From positions 35,560 through 98,696 of the forward strand of contig MQRK01186684.1 of NCBI GenBank assembly GCA_001938485.1: a stretch of 63,137 nt of DNA, read 5' to 3'. The notes under the pieces were generated by a model. That model was given only the letters and a program-made list of their open reading frames with translations. It was not told the DNA's origin and made no database searches. The position numbers and the translations under genes are program-made. This DNA is from Girardia tigrina (taxonomy: Eukaryota). Positions 23,692 through 36,547 of the stretch are shown here, piece after piece; position 1 is the first letter of the stretch, and each line of letters opens with the position of its first letter.

Positions 23692-25723
23692 TATTTGAAA
23701 ATACAATAAATTTAAATTTAACTGTTTTGAGGAATATTTTAAATGTTATGTATGTCGTTTTATTTTGTATTCAGGCGCGTACATAGAAAAATATTTCGAA
23801 GGATATGATATTCTAAAATACAATTTTTTGGATTTATTAAAATTATATATATTAAAAATTTTGAAACTAATAAAACCATTGAAATACCGCATTACAAAAC
23901 TTTTATTAGAAATAAAAGTACATACATTTATAGAATAATTATAAAATCATACAAATCAAATAATTTCAGAATAAAAATTTCCGAATTTATATCAAAAGTT
24001 TCAATTCTAAATAAAAAAATACAAATCGCAATCGAAAATCTCTAATTTAAATCAAAAATCTCTAGTATAAATCAAAAAGAATAATAACCTAAAAAAATAA
24101 AAACGAGACAATTTCAAAAAAAACCCAAAGATAAAAATTTTTATTTAAAGAGACTAATTATGTGCTATTCCACGTAAATAATCTAGTAACAGCTTGTTTC
24201 CGCAGTTGCTAACTACTGTAATTATTCTTTTTTCTCTATTAATTAAAATTTTCTTTGTTGAGGATTTTGGTTCCCCACGTCGAAAAATCTCACTTTAAAA
24301 TGAAAAATAACAAAATAGAATACAACATAAAACGACATACTTAACATTTAAAGCATTCCTCAAAACATCTAAATTTAAATTTATTGTACTTTAATAAATC
24401 TCGTAATAATTAATTTTGGTCATTTGGGAATTCTGTTTTTTAGGATTCGGTTATTTGACAGGATTCCATACCAAAGCAATGTTTATGTTATCAAATTGTA
24501 ATTTCTAAATGATAAAATTACTTTCAATAAAGTTAAAAATGTTAGTGTTTGTACATTGATTTATCATTTATTTATTAATTTATTGTATCAAAGGGTTTGA
24601 TACTCAAAGCTTCCTGCATCGCTCTCTCCCATTAATTATTAAATTGTTAACACAAAATCTTTAAATTGCTTAAATGAACATTTAATATTCAAACAGTTCT
24701 TTCTATGTTGAGCGATATTATTATATGGAAAGTGATAGTAATATTGGAAAAAATAGAAATCGCCGAATAATAGAAATAAACTGAAACGTTCATGTGCACT
24801 GGAAGTTCGAACTTTTGCATCTAAAGAGAATTAGAAGCTCTTGTATGTCTTGAGGTTTCCATCCGATATATGGTCTGTGATTCTCTACCCTGTACACCAA
24901 TGGTAAGTATCGTAGTTTACTGTGTATACACAATTATCCGTCATAATCGGGAAGGCTTAAGACACAAACCGAGAGCATAACTTACTCTTATGTACTCTTT
25001 CATAGATTATGTCTAAGGCACTTGTAACTTATTCCTTCGTAGCTTTCCGCTTATTTCGCATGATATTCTTCATTTTCTACCAATTTCTTATAGTCTCCCG
25101 CTCCTTTCCCAAATGCTCATATTCATTCTACCGCACCTAAATTCTTTAAAGCAATTGTAAGTTGTTGATTGAGAGGAGGCTTCTTCATCATAGTCCTCTC
25201 TTAGTTATCGCATTATTTTATAAGACTCAATTTTCCTTAGAAGTAGAAACTTAAAAACACTAGACTTTTTAAATATCAGATTTGATGTCATTAAATTTTT
25301 AAAACTTTATAATATTTTAGAAAATTTTTTTTACTACTATGATAATCGAAGAAGTTATGCATCATTGTGTATTCAGCTACAAAGTGGAATTGTGTTTCAA
25401 TTCAAAATTTCACGGACTACATAATAAACAATAAGGTTGAGATGAACGTTTTAGATTTTCTTGTTGATGTCTCACCTAAACTTCTTTGTTGTAATAAAAA
25501 CATAAGCAATACAGGATATAGGATGTATAAAGTCGCAGTTTTAAATAATAAATGATTCAGTAATTTTGTATGCTTTTAAACTCTTATAAAGCTGCTTGCT
25601 TGTAATCTAGAATAAAGGTTTATGTTATCTTCTGTTTCTTAAATATATTTTTAAACGATAGTGTTTTGTCATAGTTTTAATATTATTTTCTTAAGGAATT
25701 TTTCGCATAATTTTATTTAAATA

Positions 25724-26915
25724 TTAATATGACAAAAAAGTTTTTTCCGTTACTCCTCTGTATTTCCAAATAAAACAAATATAAAACAACAAATATTGTG
25801 TATTTCTACACAACAGTATATTCACCATTACAACAAATAACATTTTCAGCATGTGTAAAAAGTTTATCAAATTCATGTGAAAGTTTTTCTCGTGAGAGAT
25901 TCCTCATAATATCACTGACCGCTTGTAAGACCTCTTCGTCACTTGTAAATGATGTTGTTCTTAGTGATCCTTTTAAAAATTTGAATAGCCATTTGTTCCA
26001 CTGATTTAAATCAGGCGAATATGGAGCTTGTTTGATCAATTCAACATGTTTTTTTGAAAAAACTCCGTGGTAAACTTGGATGAACGTGGTCGAGCATTAT
26101 CATTCTGCTAAAGAATTTCTCGCATATTCACTCGTCATCTGTCTTTACTAAACTTCGTAAGATTATTTTGAATGAATTCTGTATATCTTTCAGAATTGAT
26201 AGCCTCTCCAGATTTTGTTACATCGATGTGAAACTTACCATCAGCTGTGAATGCCAAAATAAGCATTGTTCTTCGTCCAAATTTTTTGTTTTGAACAGCA
26301 CGTGGTCGAGAATCATCTCCACTTGCCCATACTCGTAAGTCGGATCTCCATAATGTAGGGGAAAATGATATCCACATTTCATCAACTGTTATCCATCGTT
26401 TCATCAAGTATTCTTTCCCATTTTGTTGCACAAGTTGCAAAAAAATTCTTGAGGATTCAATACGTTGTCGTTTGTGATCATCAGTTAGTTGATAAGGCAC
26501 CCAGATGCTCAAAATCTTTTTCCTGTTCAAATTTTCATGGAGGATTGTCCTTATTGATTCTTTGTTGACATCAAGCATTTCACTTATGTGTTTTAAAGAC
26601 ACTCTTTCATCCTGCTCAATTATGTTCCTAACTTTTTCAATCAAATCATCAGTTGTTGCTGAAGGACGTCCACTTTGTGGGTGATCGTCCAACGATAGCC
26701 GCTTGCCTGAGGTAAAATCAGAGAACCAGTTTCTTATTGTGCGTTCCGTTGGGCAATCATCAGGGAAGGCATTGAACAACTTTATATAGGTTTCATCTGC
26801 AGTCGTTCCATTTTTCCACTCAACGTATGCATATAATCGATTGTTAGATTTTCAAAACTCCATTTTTACCGACAACCTTTTAAATCCAATATAAAAAGTG
26901 ATCATATGACACACA

Positions 26916-26950
<35 letters not shown>

Positions 26951-27072
26951 ATTGATTTTTTTGCCAAAAAATATTTATAAACATGAATTAACAAAAAAAC
27001 AGCATTAGAATGGTAATTTTCTTTCTTATTGAGAAGTGGAGAGTAACGAAAAAAACATTCTTGTCATGTTAA
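25724..27072 (-). mobile_element. Near full-length mariner transposon (inactivated)
   Basis: ~33-bp imperfect TIRs with TA TSD. ORFs 26135-26779 and 25806-26039 carry WVPY, TVDE, DNARP and YSPDL motifs, with stops/frameshifts. Confidence 0.92.
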
Positions 27073-27385
27073 TATATCAAATTTTCATAAAGTATTCTAT
27101 TTTTGATTTTCATTTAGTTTGAGGTATTTTAAACATGTTCTGTTTTTCGTGGTACTTTTTTAGTATTTTAAAATCTTCTGACATCCACTTATTAACTTGG
27201 GCTTGTTACGTAATTTAAAATTAACTCTGCATATTATCCTTTATATGGGATACAAAGGAAACTTAAAAAACGATAGAATTTATAAGTTTAATTTTTCTCC
27301 ACCTTTTTCACGAACGAAATAGATTTTTATGAAACTGTTCATTTATTTTTTATGAAACATATATAATCTATTTCTGTTTCGTTAG

Positions 27386-27808
27386 AATTTGGAAATCAAT
27401 AATGAAAGCTGTATGCCAAATTCGATCTCTGATTATTCTCTTCAAACTGATCAATACGTGAACGTGGCATCGAACCGATCAGATGCAAATGAAAACAGTT
27501 GCAGTAATATAGAACCACCTGTTGGATTGATGAGTCGATCTAAAGAATGGTCGGATCAGGAAACTTTATTGCTTCTGGAAGGTTTAGAAATGTACAAGGA
27601 TGATTGGAATAAAGTAGCCGAACATGTCGGCTCAAGAACACAAGAAGAATGTATCTTGTACTTCCTACGATTACCGATTGAAGATCCTTATTTGGAGGGT
27701 GATGCAGCCTTAATGGAAACTCTCTGTTATCAACCGATCCCATTCTCCAAATCAGGAAATCCAATTATGTCCACCGTTGCATTCCTGGCGTCTTGTGTCG
27801 ATCCAAGG
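27386..27808 (+). CDS. SMARCC2: SMARCC exon 9 (SANT/Myb domain)
   Basis: [50 protein letters not shown]...[23 protein letters not shown]. Confidence 0.97.
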
Positions 27809-27856
27809 GTGAAGCATTACATTATAAAACAATAGTTAATTATGTCTACATAACAG

Positions 27857-28039
27857 ATTGCTAGTGAGGCTGCCAAAGCAGCGTTAAATGAATTTAGCCG
27901 ATTAAAGGAAGAGGTTCCCGAGTATATGATTAAGGAGCACAAAGCAAAGATCACCACTGCAGTTGAGTCGGGTAAAAATATCGATCCAGATAAATTTGGT
28001 CTGGAAGATGTTGCTGGCCAAGAGGGGCAAGAGAAAATG
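27857..28039 (+). CDS. SMARCC2: SMARCC exon 10 (IASEAAKAALNEFSRLKEEVP)
   Basis: Continues the SWIRM-associated region. Acceptor acag at 27856, donor GT at 28040. Confidence 0.92.
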
Positions 28040-28085
28040 GTACTCGTTTAACAATAAGTACGCGTTTGTTATTTGAGTCATTCAG

Positions 28086-28191
28086 ACAAAAACAGTCGAC
28101 AATGATGAATCGAAAGAAGAATTAAAAACAACCGTGAAAGAAAATATCGATTCTTCTGCTTCAGTAAAATCAGAAACGGATAATAATAAAG
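28086..28191 (+). CDS. SMARCC2: SMARCC exon 11 (acidic linker)
   Basis: Phase-compatible ttcag acceptor and GTGAGC donor. Low-complexity E/K/D-rich linker. Confidence 0.78.
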
Positions 28192-28252
28192 GTGAGCGAT
28201 TTCTTAGCACCGTATATTATGTATGTAAAATATCCAAATCCAACAAAATCAG

Positions 28253-28584
28253 TCGAGACCGAATCTCACACAGAATCGGAAGGCACGGAAAGAATGGACT
28301 CAACCGAGAATCAGCAACCGATCACGGAAGAAAATGAAGTTAAAATCGAAAGCAAAGACGAAGAAATGTCCGAAAAACCGATAGTAAATGACGATGAATC
28401 GAAAGGATTCGATAAAGATTCCAATTCTAAGCGACTGGCGGAAGCGGCCAGTGTGGCACTCGCTGCCTCTGCGACTAAAGCTCGATATTTGGCTCAATCT
28501 GAAGAGAAGAAAATCAAAGGACTCGTAGCTCAATTGGTCGAGGCTCAATTAAAGAAAATGGAAGTGAAATTGAAACAGTTTCAA
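28253..28584 (+). CDS. SMARCC2: SMARCC exon 12 (coiled coil)
   Basis: [46 protein letters not shown] matches the SMARCC leucine-zipper region. Donor GTAAGA at 28585. Confidence 0.94.
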
Positions 28585-28819
28585 GTAAGATTTGTAAATT
28601 TATTTATTCACATTCATTATTGATTATTACAATTTTTTGAGTGAAAATCCTGTTAAGAAAAGCAATAATATACTCCGTATTTTTGATACTTAATTTCTTT
28701 CAGTCTTTTGAATAATATATAATTTATCTGAGTTATTCTGATTCAAATATAAAGTTTTAGGATCGATTATTTTGGTCCCGTAAAATCATTAGAATAAAAA
28801 AATCGATTTTTGAGTATAT

Positions 28820-30052
28820 TATACCGTAATGAAAGTAATTTAATTTTTTTCCTGATAGAGGATTTTATTGTATTTTTTAATCCCAACTTCACACTTAAGC
28901 CGCATAATCATTATATGTTTTGAGAGGTGATAAAGCAGGACTTGTGAGTGAAAAAGTTCAATTATTGCGTCGTGCCCTTTTAAATACGCAGAGCATTAAA
29001 CAGCATTTTCGTCATATTTTTACTTTTTTACTATAGAAAAGTTCAAATCAGAAAGAAATTAACCGATGTGAATGGAGAAGATTTGCTGACAATACGCCAA
29101 TGACAGAACTGGTTTGCAAAATTTCGATCCGGTAATTTTTATGTCGAAGATGCACCACGTTCTGGAAGGCCGTTTGAAGTTGATAAAAACACGATAAAGA
29201 CATTAGTTGATGCCAACGGGCGAAAAACAACACGTGAGATCTCTGAGAGGTTAAATTTATCGAATTCATCTATTTATGACCACCTGAAAGGCCTGGTTGA
29301 AACTCGAAGCTCGATATATGGGTTCCCCATGTCCTCACGGAGAGAAATTTGTGTTGTCGCTTTGAGGTCTGTGATTCACCCCTCAAACGTCACAAAAATG
29401 ATCCATTTTTAAAGTGCATCAATACTGGAGACGAAAAATGGGTCGTATTAAACTGTCAAACATAAGAGATCATGGAGCAGAAAAGATGAACCGACTCAAA
29501 GCATTTCGAACGCCAATATCCATCAAATAAAGGTGATGCTGTCTGTTTGATGGTATTTTGAAGGAGTCGTTTTTTGAGCTCGCAGGGAATAACGCAACGA
29601 TTAATTCGGAAGTGTACTGTCATTACCTGGACAAACTGAATGATACACTTAAGCTGAAAAGGCCAGAATTAATCAACAGAAAAAGTGTATTGTTCCACCA
29701 AGATAATGCGTGACTTCATACAAGTTTGGTCACTCGCCAAAAGACACTGCCACACACTCCATATTCTCCAGATCTGGCACATTCGGATTATTATTTGTTC
29801 CGGTCGTTGTAAAATTGTTTGGACGGTAAAACCTTTACTTCAAATTAAAGACGTCAAAAATCACCTGGATCAGTTTTTAGCAGCAAAGACTAAACATTTT
29901 ATGAGCGCGGAATCATGCTGCTACCAGAAAGATTTTGGCTAAATGCGTTGGATCACAATGGCCGATATATAATTTAATAAAATATTTATTCATTTTACGA
30001 AGATCGTCTTTCATTTTCACCAAAAAACGAAATTACTTTCCGAGCAACTCAA
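28820..30052 (+). mobile_element. Degraded mariner transposon
   Basis: WVPH, TGDEKW, HQDNA, PYSPDLAHSDY remnants. Right TIR ...GAAATTACTTTCCGAGCAACTCAA|TA. Left end degenerate. Confidence 0.85.
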
Positions 30053-30308
30053 TATTTATATATTTATTGTGGTTCTCGAACATTTTTGCGCTTTAAAATT
30101 GTCATAACGGCAGAATTTCTACATATTAGGCCTAAGAAAAGTAAAATCCAAATATTTATTTTGTCAAAATGAAAAAAATTAGTTCACTTTTTACTTTTGA
30201 AGTCGATATTGGACAGCCATTTTGCAAGGACTGCAGCCCGACGGGTGGTCTAAATAGATAATGTTTACAAAAACAAAAATAGTCATTGTACATAACATTT
30301 TTATTTTC

Positions 30309-31165
30309 GGTACCCCGACAAAAGCGCCCACCAACATAAGCACGAAATCACTTACTTTTTGAAATTTTTGTTTAAATTCTTAACATGACTAATTCTTAAA
30401 TAAATTAATAATTCATTTGTGTCGTAAAATTCAATCATTTAATTTTACTGAACTTTATCAAAATAAGATTATTGAGGAACGTATACAAAAATGTTATTGG
30501 CGTTTACATTTGTTCTTATTGATGAAGTTATTGTAGCTTTTGAAATGTTGACAGATATATGTCCAAATGAAATGGCTGAATTAATAAATTATTGGGAGGA
30601 TAATTATATTGGAAGAATGAGACGCAACTGTAAAGTAGTACCAATGTTTACATTAAACGTTAATGGTGATTTGCCGCGTACGAATAATTCAATTGAAGGT
30701 TGGCATAGATCATTTCAAAAAACCATAGAATGCCACTATAGTTCAATTTTAAAATAGTGGAACATTTTAAAAAAGAATAAAATCAAATGGAAATAGAATA
30801 TGAACGTCTTCAAGCCGGATTTCGACGACCGGAAGCTTCAAAAAACACATATTATAAGCCTATAAACGTATAAAAATATTAACAGAAAATTATAATCAAA
30901 ATGATATTATAAATTATCTAAAACGATTGTCATATAATCAGGAAATATAATCAAATGTGTTTTGTCGGGGCGCTCTTATTTATACATTCATTATATTGTT
31001 TAAATCCCAAAAATATGTCTTACAATTTTTTTTATAAAAATTAAAAAATTCCTATAATATTTATTAATAAAATATTTCCTTTAATTTTTAAATTCTTACA
31101 AAAATTTCAAAAAGTTAACGCTTTTGTCGTTAGCCGATTTTATCGGGGTGCTTTTGTCGGTCACC
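30309..31165 (+). mobile_element. Mutator-like (MULE) deletion derivative
   Basis: TIRs GGT..CCGACAAAAGC/GCTTTTGTCGGTCACC, 9-bp TSD (t/c)TTATTTTC, ORF with YWEDNYIG and RTNNSIEGWH. Confidence 0.88.
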
Positions 31166-31309
31166 CTTATTTTCACAGTAAGATCGGGTCATCTACAAAA
31201 AATTACTTATAAAAAATGACTCTGTTAATACTGTACCTCTCAAAAGTTTTAGAACGATGGTCAAATTTCGCATATTTGTATACAGAAAGGTTAATTGTAT
31301 TCAAAAATG

Positions 31310-32190
31310 AGCCATATATTGAAATAGCACCCCACAAAAACCGTGTAACAATGAAGAAATGATTTTCCAACATAATCCATGTAATTATTAGCGTGTATTG
31401 AATCCCTTAGCTTAAATAACAGAACTCGCTCTACGAGACATAGAATCGACATATCGTCGTATAAATGCAGGGGATAATAGGACCCACAGTCGATTTAACT
31501 CCTACCATATGCATCCTATCAAAGTGTTTCCATAGATAGAACTATTCAAGTATGTTCATATCTGCTCGATGGAATTTAAATCAGTTCTGCAGCTGCGCCT
31601 AGGAATGGTCCTGTGCCAAGATGCCAAAGGTCCAAACAAAGCTCCATTTATGCAAGACAATAAATGTTTTTAATTAGGACGATGATGAACGAACTAAGGA
31701 TTAAGAGTTGAAAGAAGTGAAAAATTACTCTCATCCGCAAGTATCGCCACTGATTTAATGTCCAATTTTTACGAGCTCTGCACCACAGAAGATGCTGTTT
31801 CCAGTTAAGGGATGTTATAGCAGGTTCCTTCATTGAGACACATCCCAAGAGGTTATGTTTAATTGACAAGGCGACGTTTGATGGTTGTTGTTGAAGCTGG
31901 AACACTCTACGAATGTCGTAGATCCCCTGCTGACTAGAATCTGGGACGTAATGAAAGACGAATCAAGGTGCGGTCATCTCATGTTGTGGTAATTCGTGGA
32001 CGCCCTCATCTGGGCCGATCTGCAACTGTCCCCGTCTCTTTTTCTTGACACTGTTATGAATTACACATTTGGACACATTGCACTGCTTTGAAAATTCTCC
32101 CATACTCTTTTATGGCAGCAATATCGGCTCTTACCTCTATTGATAAACGTGTGATTGGCATCGTAAGATAAGAAATAATGGTTAAATACA
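31310..32190 (-). mobile_element. Degraded Tc1-like transposon
   Basis: Minus strand ETGTVADRPR*GRPRITT and WCRARKNWTLNQW motifs. Confidence 0.75.
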
Positions 32191-32285
32191 CTCTATTGTG
32201 TAATTCCAAGAAAATCAACTAAAAGTAGTATGATAACGCCATTGGTAAAGTAAAACACTTTTAATAATCAGTCGGACTAAAATTG

Positions 32286-32408
32286 CCCGACTCCGACTTA
32301 CGACACCTTTTTAGGTTAATTTATAATATTTGTTATTATTTTGGTCGGAGTCCAGTTACACAACTCCGACTTACCGAAAAATCCTTAAACTCCGACTCCG
32401 CAGCCCTG
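32286..32408. mobile_element. hAT-type terminal fragment
   Basis: Repeated ACTCCGACT subterminal motifs ending CTCCGCAGCCCTG. Confidence 0.55.
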
Positions 32409-32718
32409 ATAATAATACATACTTACAGTATGATTTGCTGCACTACTTTATGTTTCAGACAGAAGAACTCAAATAAGATTTATGTTCAAATATAAGACAT
32501 TTTACCACCGTTTTAAAACCTTTGAGCGTTACCTGTAGGAATTTCGAAAGACTTTATTTGAATTTTCCGATAGTAAATTGTATTTCAAATAATTATATAA
32601 ATGAATTGACACAGCGACTTTTAAACCAAAGAATTACGAGCGGTTCTCATCGGAATTGCGGCTAATGATTCACTCAGCAGTCATGTGGAATCATTTGTGT
32701 GTTTGTATCCATTTAATT

Positions 32719-32839
32719 TAGTGGAACCTCTATAATGAAGTGGAAGGGACCAAAAATACTTCGTTATAAAGAGGTAAAATTGAGGCTAAAATTCTATGTT
32801 GGTACAAGAAAAATCCTTTGTTAAATAGAGGTTTGACTG
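32719..32839. mobile_element. Small Tigger-like MITE
   Basis: Imperfect TIRs TAGTGGAACCTCTAT / ATAGAGGTTTGACTG|TA. Confidence 0.55.
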
Positions 32840-32962
32840 TATATCTTTTTTATTTTGTGAAATGTTAATTCGGTGAATTATGTTAAACTAAATCACAATT
32901 GTTTCTGTCAATAATTTACATGTATTTGATAGACATTTTATCACGTTCCTTTTACTCTGTAG

Positions 32963-33850
32963 GAACTGGAAGCCATTATTGAAAGAGAATATGAAGTTCT
33001 TGAACAACAAAGACAACAATTACTATTAGACAGACAGGCCTTTCATATGGAATTATTGAAAACAGTTGAGTCTCGTGCTCGAGTTGTTGGTCACAATCAG
33101 TTTCACCCTATGACAAACAATAATAATAATCATCAAGCATCTTATCATAATATACCTCAACAGCATTTGCAAAGTCCATCTATTCAACAACAGCCGCAAC
33201 AACAAACCGGTGGCCCCATACCACAACAATACCCACAGAACCAAGTTATTCCGCCACAGCACCATCAGCAACAGCTACAACACCCGCCACATTTGCAACA
33301 ACAACAGCAACCACAACAACATACACAGCAACAACCACAACAACATACACAGCAACAACAACAGCTTCCACAGCACCAATCACAACATCAGCCTCAACAT
33401 CAACATCAAAGCTCTGCACCAATGCAATACGCACCGAACCCAATTCCTCAGCAGCACATGCCGAATTCGGTGCCGCCACATAATCAACAAGCAATGCCGC
33501 TACAACAGCAACATAACCCCCAAAATATCCCAATTCAGCACCAGGCGAACATAATGCCTCCTCAACAACAATCGAATATGCATCAACCGAATTTGTCTCA
33601 ACAGCATTCATCTCAACATGTCAATCAGCAATATCCCCAGGCCCAACAATTATATCAAAACGCTGCCATGGCGACGTCAAGAAAACCGACTGACAACATG
33701 TCTAATATGAGTTACACCGATCAACAGCAACAACAACAGCAGCAACATCAACAGGTTTCGAATGCTTCGATCCCGAATAATCCCCAGATGAATCCCATCC
33801 ATCATCTCTCGTCTCAACCGGAATCTGATGGAAACAGTGCCAGTGGTTGA
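32963..33850 (+). CDS. SMARCC2: SMARCC exon 13 (end of coiled coil + Q/H/P-rich tail)
   Basis: [37 protein letters not shown], then a Q-rich tail to TGA at 33848-33850. Confidence 0.94.
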   Translation, partial: ELEAIIEREYEVLEQQRQQLLLDRQAFHMELLKTVESRARVVGHNQFHPMTNNNNNHQASYHNIPQQHLQSPSIQQQPQQQTGGPIPQQYPQNQVIPPQHHQQQLQHPPHLQQQQQPQQHTQQQPQQHTQQQQQLPQHQSQHQPQHQHQSSAPMQYAPNPIPQQHMPNSVPPHNQQAMPLQQQHNPQNIPIQHQANIMPPQQQSNMHQPNLSQQHSSQHVNQQYPQAQQLYQNAAMATSRKPTDNMSNMSYTDQQQQQQQQHQQVSNASIPNNPQMNPIHHLSSQPESDGNSASG

Positions 33851-33909
33851 CGACTGACTATAGTTAATTTTACGTAATTTTTTAGTGCACTAAAGTTAAT
33901 GTTTTAATT

Positions 33910-33915
33910 AATAAA
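33910..33915 (+). terminator. Probable polyadenylation signal of SMARCC
   Basis: AATAAA 60 nt after the stop, followed by GT/T-rich sequence. Confidence 0.55.
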
Positions 33916-34057
33916 AGTACTGTCGCGCTGTATATTTTTGATGTCATTAATACATTTATTTGGAATATAATTGCTGATTTTTGTTTTGCATTTATAGTTA
34001 CTTTTTATTGTATTGACTTTGAAATTTTCGCTTTGATCCGAGTTTTTATTTGATATC

Positions 34058-35781
34058 TGTGAGGAATATTTTAAATTGTTTGAATGTGTAAATGTAGTGA
34101 TGCTGTATGTAGTGATGATTTGAGTATGTTGAATTTAGAATGGTGATTCTCCCACCCAGATGGAAATTGGTATTTTTTTTATTTAAATTTCAAGTGATTC
34201 GAACACAATTAAAATTAAGTTTAATATTTTTAGTAAAATTTAAATTACCCTAATTTCTTGTGTATAACCCGCGGGTTATACGAAAAAAAGTAAGTTTTCC
34301 CGAAAATTCGAGGATGCGGGTTATACATGAAATTTTTACTTTAATACATGATACTTTTATTCTAAAAATTATGCTTGAAAAACCGTGAAATACATGAAAT
34401 TTATTCAAAGCCATCAAAATCTTCGTCAGACTCAAAATTAAATGCTTCTAGAATATCGCTATACGGCGTAAGAATTGAAACTAATTCTTTATCATCACAA
34501 TTGTCGGAATCTGTATCGTCATAATCATTGTCACTATTATCTTCATTTGTTTGACTAGCATTATTAATGCTATAAACATGAAGCTTTGATCTCTTGAAGC
34601 CATTTTTTACACACTCAGGTGTGACTACATTTAGCTCCATCAGCAGGACAACATAAAACTACTGTAAAATTGGTTTTTTCTGATCCAGTTGTAGTTAATA
34701 TGATATCCTCTTTTCCTCTTACATCAACTATTTTCTTGTCAGGGATGTCCAAACTAACAGGTACTTCATCCATATTCCCAAATTGAGATAAGTCAACATT
34801 TTCTTTACGTTTAGAGACATAGTCTCGAAATAAAGTGACTTTTTCTTCCCAAACAGTGGGTAGTGGCTGACCAACAGACGTAACTGCACGCACAGACAAT
34901 TGATTTCTTTTCATAAAACGATAGCACCAATTGATTCCGCCTCTAAAGCCGTCAATACCTCTTTCGTTTGCTATTTTGCGTGCCATCAATCGAATATCAA
35001 CTGTTGAAACTTTCCTTTTCTCTTCGCGTGTGGTTATAACCAATTGTTTTAATTCTGACTCTAATTCTGGCCAATATGGAAGACTTCCTCCACGGGCACT
35101 TTTTCCTCGCGGCATTACATTTAAGACATTCTTATTTTTTCTCCAATCGCGGACAATACTTTCATCCACAGAATATTCACGACTCGCACTTCTGTTGCCA
35201 TTTTCTTCAGCATATTTGACTACTTTTAATTTAAATTCGGTGGTATAAGACTTACGTTTCGGTGGCATTTTNNNNNNNNNNNAAATCCATAATATTTATA
35301 ATATTAAAACAACATTTTCAAAACTATTAGATTTTATTTAAATTATTATTACAATGTAATTATATTAAAAGTACATTAATAGGTAGAAATTAAACTGACT
35401 TTATTTAAGTGGGGGTTATACAATGGGTGCGGGTTATACGTAAAAAATTATACTTTTCATAGAAATTTTTGATATTTTTAATATGCGGGTTATATGCAAG
35501 AAATTAGGGTAAATGCATTTTTAATAATTTGATGACATTTTTATTATTTTAAGATTTATTGGAAAATGGTAAAAATTATTATTTTTTTAATTAATATTTT
35601 TAGAGGCTAAATATTTAAAAAAATGAATTAGAAAAATTGTTCGAATAATCATGATTAAAAACAGAAATAAGAAAATCAATTAGAAGGATGACAAACGATG
35701 ACAGACTTTCTGAGAGTTGTAATGATTCTAAATGTGATTGTAATAAACATTCAAACGAGACTTGTTTAAATGTTCTTAATA
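34058..35781 (+). mobile_element. Solo LTR (TGTGAGGAA family), TSD ATATC, split by a pogo insertion
   Basis: Both halves align to the 9511-10010 LTR. Flanked by ATATC. Confidence 0.88.
34248..35509 (-). mobile_element. pogo-family transposon (Brinker-type DBD + CENP-B HTH), internally deleted
   Basis: TIRs CCCTAATTTCTTG/CAAGAAATTAGGG with TA TSD. ORF 34615-35268 (SYTTEFKLKVVKYAEENGNRSA; GWC.RFMKR-like; NMDEVP) jumps to an acidic C-terminus. Confidence 0.92.
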
Positions 35782-36234
35782 ATATCGATGAAGAATGACA
35801 CACGAGAAAGACCTTTGTTTATCAATTGTTCAATTAAATTTATTGCATACTTTTTTGATTGCCTAAACAATTTTGCGGATTTATTCAGTAATTTTTTTTT
35901 ATTTATTTATATTTTTTATTGCTAAAATATCATTTTTTGAAGTCTTGCTTCCACATAATCTTGAATTTTGCACTCAGTCTCTCCAAAATTGAGATCTGTA
36001 AGCATTCTTAACGCTGCCTCAATTGTGTATTGACTAGCTTCCATTTCAATTGATTAACTTTAAAATAACTAATGGGAAAATACATTACTCAAAAATTCTA
36101 AATACTTGTTATATTTGATTTAAGAACCTACAAAATCAATTATAATTTGACTTCATCATAAAATTTTGATTTTTTTGACTTTATTGACCTAAAGAATTTC
36201 GTTTATCCATTTCATTTCAAAGCAGTCCTATTTA

Positions 36235-36545
36235 ACACTCAACGGGGCAGGGTTTTTAATATTGCGTCCGTGTTTATAAAGATAAATATCCTTTATTTAA
36301 GAAATATGAATTCATGATATTATAATTAACACAGTAAAGGAAATAAAAACTATATATATTCAACGAAAGTTCATTATAGTTAATTCAATTTTACAGTGCA
36401 ATAATGACAATGAAAATATTTCACCAAAATACGATGTTCATTACAGATATGCTTTGTACACACATTGCATTGAATTCTCATGTGCTTTTCACATTGAAAA
36501 CATCTACGTATTGTATTTTGTGATGGCACTGGAGACTCATTTATT
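36235..36545 (-). mobile_element. piggyBac-like 3' fragment
   Basis: Cys-rich tail RRCFQC...CNVCTKHICNEH...CHYC. TTAA|CAC terminus near 36232. Confidence 0.65.
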
Positions 36546-36547
36546 TT

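Larger units (their letters stand above)
4384..33850 (+). other. SMARCC2: SWI/SNF (BAF) complex subunit SMARCC (BAF155/BAF170/Moira orthologue), whole gene, 13 coding exons, 3786 nt CDS / 1261 aa
   Basis: Exons join with GT-AG sites in consistent phase. Colinear similarity to SMARCC: N-terminal KKDG.PN/TNKSL module, chromo-like region, SWIRM, SANT, SWIRM-associated coiled coil, Q/P-rich tail. Invertebrates typically have one SMARCC1/2 co-orthologue. Confidence 0.96.

Noticed and set aside
33210-33611. Overlapping N/H-rich and V/A-rich ORFs
   Set aside because: Alternative-frame and antisense shadows of the poly-Q exon.
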